The translations under genes and the position numbers were made by a program. This document shows, piece after piece, positions 13,335 to 20,000 of a stretch of 20,000 nucleotides of DNA. How positions within the stretch are numbered: the stretch's first letter is position 1; each line of letters opens with the position of its first letter. The notes beneath the pieces were generated by a model. The model saw only the letters and a list, made by a program, of their open reading frames with translations. It made no database searches and was not told the origin of the DNA. Source of the DNA: an uncultured virus (IMG/VR IMGVR_UViG_3300032093_000026) (Duplodnaviria; Heunggongvirae; Uroviricota; Caudoviricetes); IMG/VR virus record IMGVR_UViG_3300032093_000026; one strand, 5' to 3'.

Positions 13335-13367
13335 GTCCTGATGTTTCTACATTGGGGCTTTTATTTT
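13335..13367 (+). terminator. Rho-independent terminator after ssrA
   Basis: GTCCTGATGT/ACATTGGGGC plus TTTTATTTT. Confidence 0.7.
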
Positions 13368-13378
13368 AATTTTATTTT

Positions 13379-13729
13379 ATGAAAAATAAAAAATATCTAG
13401 AAGAAGATAAGCCTGTAAGTAAACCAGGTAAAAAAAAATCCAAAGAATGGATTGTAGAATATAAGTGGAAGTCATTAGAAGAATATAATAAATACCCTAA
13501 GAAATGGTATAGATCTGATGTATATTCAGAAGAGTGGAGATCTATTGCATATAGTAATAAATTCCATACATCTAAGTCTGCTATACAATCAATAGATCAA
13601 TTTATAAAAGTTGCAAAAGCTTATCATAAAAATGATCTTATGACGGGATGGTATGATGACAAATTTGGTAAAGATTATAGAGTGAGAAATCTCAAGACAG
13701 GAGAAACAATTAATTATTTAAATGATTAA
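13379..13729 (+). CDS. Hypothetical basic protein
   Basis: 116 aa ORF. Confidence 0.75.
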   Translation: MKNKKYLEEDKPVSKPGKKKSKEWIVEYKWKSLEEYNKYPKKWYRSDVYSEEWRSIAYSNKFHTSKSAIQSIDQFIKVAKAYHKNDLMTGWYDDKFGKDYRVRNLKTGETINYLND

Positions 13730-13731
13730 CT

Positions 13732-14280
13732 ATGACAAAAGAAGAATTCATAGAACTAAAAGACACCTATATTGATAATATCAAAAGATATTTCAAAGAA
13801 TCAGGTGATTTATTTGCACATGTAGCTCTTTTTTGTGAATTTAAAAAAGATGCAGAAGATTATGATGAAAGACCTGCTATTGTGCATGTACCAATACCAG
13901 GTAAATTATTAGAAACAGGACTAGGTAAAGACTTCTTTGTAGAATTTCTTTTAAACGAGGCTGTAACTGATATAAAAGAAAAGTTTATTATTAAGGGAGT
14001 TGCTTGGTCAGCAGAAGCTTGGATGAAAATGTCAGATAAAAATCCAAAAAATGATATAGAAATGGATGATCTTCCTATAAAAGCAGAAGTTATCATTATC
14101 AATATTGAATCTGAAGATGTAAATGAATGTAATATTTTTGAAATTGAAAGATCTAAAATGTCTATTGAAGAAGATGGATCAATAAAGTCAGAAGAAATTA
14201 ATTTTAAAGAATTACAAAGAGAAGGTAATCCAAATATGGGTGGTAGATTTTCAGGTTTGTATAATAAGATTAAAAACTAA
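13732..14280 (+). CDS. Hypothetical phage protein (AEAWM motif)
   Basis: 182 aa ORF. Confidence 0.8.
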   Translation: MTKEEFIELKDTYIDNIKRYFKESGDLFAHVALFCEFKKDAEDYDERPAIVHVPIPGKLLETGLGKDFFVEFLLNEAVTDIKEKFIIKGVAWSAEAWMKMSDKNPKNDIEMDDLPIKAEVIIINIESEDVNECNIFEIERSKMSIEEDGSIKSEEINFKELQREGNPNMGGRFSGLYNKIKN

Positions 14281-14282
14281 TT

Positions 14283-14468
14283 ATGGATTTATTTGGTAAG
14301 AAGAAGATAGCAAATTTAGAGAAAGAGATACAACATTTAAAAGGTATGCTTCATGAATGTGGTATAAAATTAACAGAAAAACAAGAGCATATTAATAAAA
14401 CAAATGCATTTTGGAAAAAGAAAATGCATGATTTAACACATTCTAAAAGCAAGAAAAATAAGTTATAG
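14283..14468 (+). CDS. Small coiled-coil protein
   Basis: 61 aa ORF. Confidence 0.7.
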   Translation: MDLFGKKKIANLEKEIQHLKGMLHECGIKLTEKQEHINKTNAFWKKKMHDLTHSKSKKNKL

Positions 14469-14546
14469 CTTTATTATCCGTACTATTTATATGTAGTTGA
14501 TTGTTATTTAATACATATGATTAATTTTATATGTAAATAAATAAAA

Positions 14547-14798
14547 GTGTTATATCAACTACCAAACGGTAAAGTTATAGAAATAAGTACTGAGCAATTC
14601 GTAGAAATGACTGACGAAGAGCTTGAGTATCTTATTGCCTATAACTATGGGGAAGTGCAAGAAAATCCTTGGTTTGGTTCAGTATTATCTAAACAAGCTC
14701 CAGAAGATGAGATTGATATACTACCAGTAGAATTACCTGATGTGAAGGATAATGATAAAATAAGTTCCCTAGACGCAGATTTTAATGTAGAAGATTAA
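14547..14798 (+). CDS. Hypothetical acidic protein (YQLPNGK motif), GTG start
   Basis: 83 aa; resembles a family I associate with environmental crAss-like phages. Confidence 0.75.
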   Translation: MLYQLPNGKVIEISTEQFVEMTDEELEYLIAYNYGEVQENPWFGSVLSKQAPEDEIDILPVELPDVKDNDKISSLDADFNVED

Positions 14799-14822
14799 AA
14801 TTCTACTCATTTTTTTAGACAT

Positions 14823-14848
14823 GCCTCTGAATTTTCAGAGGTTTTTTT
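14823..14848 (+). terminator. Rho-independent terminator
   Basis: GCCTCTGA/TCAGAGGT plus T run. Confidence 0.8.
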
Positions 14849-14872
14849 ATTTTAACTCAAATTTAGACTCAA

Positions 14873-15349
14873 ATGTACTCTAAAGTAGTAGTAAAAGCAG
14901 ATGAAAACGGTAATGTAATAGGCGTTTTCAAAAACAATCCTGAATATGGATATGTTCGTGTAGAACAAGTGGCACCTGTAATTAGTGACACAGGTTGGTT
15001 AAAGACAGCTAAAAGATCAAGTTTTATTAAAGGTAAAATTGAAGATTTGCAAAAGCTTAGTTATAAAGCAAATCAAGAAATTCCTGGTAAAATTGTAATA
15101 GTTGAATCACTTATTCCGTTTAATATGGAAAATGCTGATCGTGATCTTAAAGTGGCTGGTGACACTGGTGTTATTTGTCGTTATGATGATCAACCAATTT
15201 ATAGAAGGTCATTTTATACAACAAATACTAAAATTGAAGACGAAGTGATTCATCATACAAATGCTGATGAAATTCGTGAAGTTCAAGCTGCTCAACGTGA
15301 ATTAACATCTTCCATTGTTAAAAAACGTGACGCAGTTTTAGATCTGTAA
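14873..15349 (+). CDS. Conserved crAss-like beta-rich protein, possibly ssDNA-binding
   Basis: NPEYGYVRVEQ and KVAGDTGVIC..DQPIYR motifs; flanked by terminators. Function is inference. Confidence 0.6.
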   Translation: MYSKVVVKADENGNVIGVFKNNPEYGYVRVEQVAPVISDTGWLKTAKRSSFIKGKIEDLQKLSYKANQEIPGKIVIVESLIPFNMENADRDLKVAGDTGVICRYDDQPIYRRSFYTTNTKIEDEVIHHTNADEIREVQAAQRELTSSIVKKRDAVLDL

Positions 15350-15369
15350 TTTTTATTTATTCTCAACAA

Positions 15370-15402
15370 TAAAGGGCTCAGTAAAATGAGCCCTTTAATT
15401 TT
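15370..15402 (+). terminator. Rho-independent terminator
   Basis: TAAAGGGCTCA-GTAAAA-TGAGCCCTTTA plus ATTTT. Confidence 0.75.
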
Positions 15403-15414
15403 TAAATCAATTAT

Positions 15415-15930
15415 ATGAATCCAAACAAAACAATTTTGGCAAATCCTAGAGGTATTTTAATTAGCTATGATGATCAAAAGCGTCATTTTCTTAATTACGA
15501 ACCTAAAAGGGAAGTTGTTAAGTCAACACAAATTAATGGTAACTCACGTTATCAAGAAAAAGTATTTGAGTTTAATAGAACTCAATTAAAACTTTATAAT
15601 GAAGCTGTTTATGGATTTAAAGCTTATTCTAATGAAGTGGTTATGGAAATGAGACCACATCATATTAAAAGAATCCAATCTATTCATAGAAAAGCTAAAG
15701 AAGTTATTAATGAATATAAACTTGAAATAGCTAATGCTGAAATGGATAGTTTTCTTTCTAAATTATTTCCAAATTCTAAAATTGCTCAAGCAATTGTAAA
15801 CATTAAAGGAGTTGATACATCTGTAAAAATTCCATTATCTCTAAAAGATCTTAAGATTAGTTCTGAAAGCTTGGCAAAAAGACTTGTACAATCTGGTGTT
15901 TTACCAGAAAACTTTTTTAATTTAGCATAA
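15415..15930 (+). CDS. Hypothetical protein
   Basis: 171 aa, TAATG coupling to the next gene. Confidence 0.8.
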   Translation: MNPNKTILANPRGILISYDDQKRHFLNYEPKREVVKSTQINGNSRYQEKVFEFNRTQLKLYNEAVYGFKAYSNEVVMEMRPHHIKRIQSIHRKAKEVINEYKLEIANAEMDSFLSKLFPNSKIAQAIVNIKGVDTSVKIPLSLKDLKISSESLAKRLVQSGVLPENFFNLA

Positions 15931-16319
15931 TGATTAAGGCAAAACTTAAAAAATGTGCTGGCTGTGAACAAATGAAACACATTTGGAAATCACATGGCAA
16001 AGAAAAGTATTGTCAGCAATGCTGGTACACTATTGATAAGCCCAAATCTATCTCACCTGTCTCTAAAAAGAGGCAGGTTGAGATGGATAATTATTCTAAA
16101 TTAAGAATGGTTTTTCTTATTGCAAAGCCTCTTTGTGAAGCAAAAATCATTCATTGTACAGGAAATAGTACTGATGTGCATCATAAGTCAGGCAGAACAG
16201 GTGAAAATTATTTAAAAATGTCTACCTGGTTAGCTGTTTGTAGAAATTGTCACAAATGGATAGAAGAAAATCCTATTGAGGCAAAAGAACTTGGTTTTAG
16301 TAATTCTAGATTAGATTGA
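15930..16319 (+). CDS. HNH-type endonuclease with N-terminal zinc ribbon
   Basis: CAGC..CQQC; CEAK..C..TDVHHK..WLAVCRNCHKWIE. Confidence 0.8.
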   Translation: MIKAKLKKCAGCEQMKHIWKSHGKEKYCQQCWYTIDKPKSISPVSKKRQVEMDNYSKLRMVFLIAKPLCEAKIIHCTGNSTDVHHKSGRTGENYLKMSTWLAVCRNCHKWIEENPIEAKELGFSNSRLD

Positions 16320-16320
16320 T

Positions 16321-16479
16321 ATGACTACTAAAGAAAAAAGAGAAATTTATTACAACAAACTTCTTGAAAAGCGTAAAACAAATTTTTTAAAAAGTGTAAA
16401 ATCAGTTGTAGTAAAAAAACCAGTTCAAAAAGAAATTAATTGGGAAACTTTAAATGATTTTTTTAAAAAAAGAAAATAA
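16321..16479 (+). CDS. Small Lys-rich protein (52 aa)
   Basis: Manual translation MTTKEKREIYYNKLLEKRK...; fills the gap between neighbours. Confidence 0.55.
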   Translation: MTTKEKREIYYNKLLEKRKTNFLKSVKSVVVKKPVQKEINWETLNDFFKKRK

Positions 16480-16481
16480 TT

Positions 16482-16862
16482 ATGGATTATATATTATTAG
16501 GATTAATAGTTACAGCTGCTGTTATTGCAGTTGTAGGAATTATAATGTATACAGCACAAGAACTTATGATCACTTGGAAGCATGAACCACATGGTTATTG
16601 TCCTGTGCAAGCTGAAGGTTGGTTTATTGGTTATTATTTCTATTTTAGATCTCGTTATGAAACTGGTAAAATACAGTTTTGTAAAACATCTGACGATTGG
16701 GATAATGGCTATATAACTAAAGAATATGTTCTTTATAGATCTGATGATGCATATGTAGCAGGATATATAAAATATTCAAAAGCAAGACGACTAATATATT
16801 GGGCTTGTTTTAAGTTCTTAATTAATCGTATTATTAGAAATATTAAAGATGCCGTTAAGTAA
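16482..16862 (+). CDS. Membrane-anchored phage protein (CPVQAEG..FYFRSR motif)
   Basis: 126 aa, N-terminal TM. Confidence 0.75.
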   Translation: MDYILLGLIVTAAVIAVVGIIMYTAQELMITWKHEPHGYCPVQAEGWFIGYYFYFRSRYETGKIQFCKTSDDWDNGYITKEYVLYRSDDAYVAGYIKYSKARRLIYWACFKFLINRIIRNIKDAVK

Positions 16863-17079
16863 AAGATGTTATTGTTGTAAAAGGACATTTCCACTCTTTA
16901 TGTATCATAAAGCTACAAGATTTACTATTAAAACAGATTTAGGTAGAAATAGATGTTGTAGAATATGTGTATTTAAAAAAGCAAAAGATCCTGTTGTGAG
17001 ATGGAATAAACAAATAAAAAAATTTGAATTAGTATCTCTTACATTAAAACAGCGTATTAGAGAATTTTTTAAACGATAA
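16849..17079 (+). CDS. Small zinc-finger-like protein
   Basis: CYCC...CRIC, basic. Confidence 0.65.
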   Translation: MPLSKRCYCCKRTFPLFMYHKATRFTIKTDLGRNRCCRICVFKKAKDPVVRWNKQIKKFELVSLTLKQRIREFFKR

Positions 17080-17081
17080 TT

Positions 17082-17309
17082 ATGGATCAAGAACCAAAAT
17101 TAGAAAATGCTACTTTCACATTTAGCCAAGAAACTAATTGTGTAGATGAAGGTGATATAGAAGAACTTACTATCAGATGTGAATCATCATTAGGAATAGA
17201 TAATGATGAAGGTTGTTTCTATGTTCTGGAGACAGAAAGATGGTCTATTGACTCTGTAGAAGAATTACAGAAACTATTTGATAGGATTAGTAAAGTGATA
17301 AACAAATAA
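17082..17309 (+). CDS. Hypothetical acidic protein
   Basis: 75 aa ORF. Confidence 0.75.
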   Translation: MDQEPKLENATFTFSQETNCVDEGDIEELTIRCESSLGIDNDEGCFYVLETERWSIDSVEELQKLFDRISKVINK

Positions 17310-17311
17310 CT

Positions 17312-17620
17312 ATGGCACAACAAACAGCAATGCAACAATTAATTAAATGGATGGAAGATATGAGTGAAGTTATTCCATTTGATCAAGGAAGTTGTTATGA
17401 CAAGGCTATTGAACTTTTACAAATGGAGAAGGAGCAACTTGAAAATGCTAGACCACAAATAATATCAAATTGTGTTATAAAGGAAATGTCAAATGAGGAA
17501 ATATGGAATGCAAGTATAAAATATGATAATGGTGCTATGCTAGAAACACCAATGGTACACTTTCAACAAGGAGCTTTTTGGTATAGAGAACAATTAAAAA
17601 ATAGTGTTCACGGAACGTGA
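17312..17620 (+). CDS. Hypothetical phage protein (QTA.Q.L family)
   Basis: 102 aa; its 3' end lies in a duplicated palindromic insert. Confidence 0.75.
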   Translation: MAQQTAMQQLIKWMEDMSEVIPFDQGSCYDKAIELLQMEKEQLENARPQIISNCVIKEMSNEEIWNASIKYDNGAMLETPMVHFQQGAFWYREQLKNSVHGT

Positions 17621-17732
17621 ACAATTAAAAAAGAAATATAATACTGAAATGGCTAATAATGTACCTTATAGGGTACAAAATGAGGCAAATTGAGTAATAT
17701 AATACCTGTTAGGGTATAAAAATAAAAATTTT

Positions 17733-18065
17733 ATGACAATAATTGACCCACCAAGTGGCTGGAAATATGGGTTTCCAAAGCCAATACCTGAAGATAGAAA
17801 AAAAGATGTTATTCCATGGCTCATAGAGCAAGGCTATCCAAAAAAAGTTATAGATGAGTATGGAGAGTATTTTGCTTGTAGATTTTGGGATGAAAATGAA
17901 GAAGCAGAAAATCCATTAAAAGATGTAACTAGATTTGAAGTGATAGATCATTCAGGTGATAAACCTGGAAGAGTGTTAGTTAAACATAATATTAGTGTGG
18001 AAATGTCTATTCAAGATGATGGTAAAACATTAAAAATATTTATATCAGATGAAACTAAGGTATAG
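17733..18065 (+). CDS. Hypothetical two-module phage protein
   Basis: IDPPSGWKYGFPK module plus VTRFEVIDH..QDDGKTLKIF module. Confidence 0.75.
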   Translation: MTIIDPPSGWKYGFPKPIPEDRKKDVIPWLIEQGYPKKVIDEYGEYFACRFWDENEEAENPLKDVTRFEVIDHSGDKPGRVLVKHNISVEMSIQDDGKTLKIFISDETKV

Positions 18066-18312
18066 ACTGCTTATAGTTTTTATTTGTGCGTTATTTATTG
18101 AAATAACAGGTGTATGTGGACTTGTATTTCTTGAGAAAAGAAACTATGTAGGAATGTTTTTAATGATATTTCTAAACCCATATATTTGTCTACCAATGAA
18201 CCATTTTAATATAGAATGTAAAACTTTTAAAGACAGGTTTTATTTAGCCACTGCATTTGCATGTGGTTTTGGACTAGGAGTTATTTTAGTTAGGCCTTTT
18301 ATTTTAAAATAA
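18049..18312 (+). CDS. Small membrane protein (3 TM)
   Basis: 87 aa, hydrophobic. Confidence 0.7.
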   Translation: MKLRYRLLIVFICALFIEITGVCGLVFLEKRNYVGMFLMIFLNPYICLPMNHFNIECKTFKDRFYLATAFACGFGLGVILVRPFILK

Positions 18313-18317
18313 ATAAT

Positions 18318-18938
18318 ATGAAAATAAATAAAAAAAGCAAATTTTATACTCCAAAACCATTTAAAGAAAAAGCAATCGACTTCTTTAAATCCTTGCCATT
18401 TTGGAGAGGTAGAAAAAAAGGTATGATACATACTATGAACATTAAATGGGAACATATCAGAGCTGTATTCTTTCCTAAGAACTTCCACGAGAAATATCAT
18501 TATCTTGGATCTATACCATGGAAAGAAGACAGTGAGATATTTCTAGCATTAGAACCATTAGTGATATTTTTAGATTATAAAGCTAAGCCATGGTGGTGTC
18601 CAAGATGGGTGCTTAGATTCTTACATCTCTTTGGAAATGATAATAGTATTGTAAGAGTTAGAAATAGAACCCTTGCTAATTTAAGCGATAAGTTAACCAA
18701 AGGAATTATGATGGTTGACTATAAAACTAAATGGAGTTGGTATGATTTAAGACTTAGCATTTATGGTGACAAACAAGCAAACTGGTTAGCAGATGCTATA
18801 GAAGATAAATATTATAGAGATGGTAGAAGACAAGATATTTTAGATGAGTTAAAGAAACTAAATCCAGAATGTAATTATAGTTGGAAACCTTTAGCAGATT
18901 TAGAAGCAGAATTAGAAAAATTAAAACCAAATTATTAA
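18318..18938 (+). CDS. Hypothetical phage protein
   Basis: 206 aa ORF. Confidence 0.8.
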   Translation: MKINKKSKFYTPKPFKEKAIDFFKSLPFWRGRKKGMIHTMNIKWEHIRAVFFPKNFHEKYHYLGSIPWKEDSEIFLALEPLVIFLDYKAKPWWCPRWVLRFLHLFGNDNSIVRVRNRTLANLSDKLTKGIMMVDYKTKWSWYDLRLSIYGDKQANWLADAIEDKYYRDGRRQDILDELKKLNPECNYSWKPLADLEAELEKLKPNY

Positions 18939-18941
18939 GTT

Positions 18942-19139
18942 ATGCCAGATATTACAATGTGTAAGGATCATCAGTGTAAACTAAAAGAAAATTGTTATAG
19001 ATACACTGCAACACCTTCTAAGTATGACCAATCATATTTCGTAAATAGCCCATATAATAAACAAGAAGACAATTGTCAATATTTTTGGGACAGTAGTCAT
19101 TATCAAAAAGTAAAAGATGAAAACAAAATCACAGACTAA
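18942..19139 (+). CDS. Small Cys-rich phage protein (MPDITMC..C...NCYRY)
   Basis: 65 aa, four Cys. Confidence 0.75.
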   Translation: MPDITMCKDHQCKLKENCYRYTATPSKYDQSYFVNSPYNKQEDNCQYFWDSSHYQKVKDENKITD

Positions 19140-19218
19140 ATTAGTTATTGAAACAATTGTATTTACTATTTTATGGATAGCTGCAGCAACAGCTCTTTAT
19201 TTTTTATGTAAAATTTAA
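19117..19218 (+). CDS. Single-TM peptide (33 aa)
   Basis: MKTKSQTKLVIETIVFTILWIAAATALYFLCKI; manual translation. Confidence 0.45.
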   Translation: MKTKSQTKLVIETIVFTILWIAAATALYFLCKI

Positions 19219-19221
19219 ACT

Positions 19222-19479
19222 ATGTCTTATATTTTATCATTTATTGGTGTATTTTTTGCAATAGCAATAGCAGATGTTTGTTGGACTTATTATTTTATAA
19301 AAATTGAAGAAAGAAAGTCTGTTTCTGCTGGCTTTTGGGGCGCAGGTGTTTACATCTGTGGTGCATTTGCTGTAATACATTATACAAATGATAAAACATT
19401 AATTATACCAGCTATATTGGGTTCATTTATTGGTACATGGGCCACTGTTGAGTATAAAAAAAGAAAAGAAAAAAAATAA
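19222..19479 (+). CDS. Small membrane protein (3 TM)
   Basis: 85 aa; GSFIGTW motif. Confidence 0.75.
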   Translation: MSYILSFIGVFFAIAIADVCWTYYFIKIEERKSVSAGFWGAGVYICGAFAVIHYTNDKTLIIPAILGSFIGTWATVEYKKRKEKK

Positions 19480-19482
19480 ATT

Positions 19483-19863
19483 ATGTCACACCCATTACAT
19501 CACGCAATTTCTAGTCAAAGAAAATGGGGAGGATCAGTAGATGACTATCTTCCTATACACAATTGGTTTGATGAAACCAAAGCTCATTATCCAGACATGA
19601 GACATCGCACCCTCAGACATCACGCTGAGGGTATTTTTTGGTGTGAAGAAAAGTTTGGAGTATATATTACAAACTCTGATGGTAAAATGGTACCAGTAAG
19701 AGCATTAGGAGAACAACACGTAAAAGAAGATATTGGATTTATTCCCACTATTAAAGAATATCTAGACAATATGAATATTGTTGGCTGGATGTATAAACCT
19801 GGAGAAGGTAGAGCAATGTTAAAAGAAATTAACGAACAAAAATTAGATTATGTCACTAAGTAA
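19483..19863 (+). CDS. DUF6915-like His-rich phage protein
   Basis: HPLHHAISS.RKWGG..IHNWFDETK..RHRTLRHHAEGIF..GEQHVKED. Confidence 0.8.
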   Translation: MSHPLHHAISSQRKWGGSVDDYLPIHNWFDETKAHYPDMRHRTLRHHAEGIFWCEEKFGVYITNSDGKMVPVRALGEQHVKEDIGFIPTIKEYLDNMNIVGWMYKPGEGRAMLKEINEQKLDYVTK

Positions 19864-20000
19864 AAAAGCAGCGAAAGCTAAAAAAATAGAAGTAAAACTA
19901 TCAGTACTTGAATGGTGTAAACAACAAGTAAAAGATGGAAAAGAACTTGTAATCCACTGGGAAGGTGGTGGAGATTCAGGATGGGCACATTTTGAAATTG
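19850..20000 (+). CDS. DUF6878-like protein, N-terminal part (truncated by window)
   Basis: MSLSKKAAKAKK...IHWEGGGDSGWAHFEI; GGGDSG motif, adjacent to the DUF6915-like gene. Confidence 0.6.
   Translation, partial: MSLSKKAAKAKKIEVKLSVLEWCKQQVKDGKELVIHWEGGGDSGWAHFEI

Noticed and set aside
5854..18500. Minus-strand ORFs 5854..6198, 9894..10148, 13860..14102, 15786..15980, 16905..17090, 18240..18500
   Set aside because: Antisense shadows of the plus-strand gene run.
1..20000. Stop-codon reassignment (seen in some crAss-like phages)
   Set aside because: Genes tile tightly under code 11, TAG and TGA stops are followed by new starts or terminators, and there is no suppressor tRNA.

Overview
AT-rich bacteriophage segment, most likely a crAss-like (Crassvirales-type) phage of a Bacteroidota host. 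Evidence is the TerL N-terminus, a TerS-like gene, a PD-(D/E)XK nuclease and an IHF/HU-like gene, plus TTTG-N19-TAnnTTTG Bacteroidota-type promoters. Positions 1-5664 form a minus-strand packaging-side operon containing two tRNAs. After a GC-richer divergence region (5665-5868), the rest is a plus-strand run of small, mostly hypothetical ORFs (many membrane or lipoprotein, several DNA-binding). The standard genetic code fits. The most striking property is the RNA content: a tmRNA with an unusually long tag, an Asp(GUC) tRNA with a 50-nt variable arm, an initiator-like tRNA-Met, an anticodon-less tRNA-like element, and about eight further densely base-paired intergenic elements. These include a ~460-530 nt ornate RNA with a perfect kissing-loop pair and a 6S-shaped rod. 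Structures were folded by eye and family names are from recognition; no searches were run.
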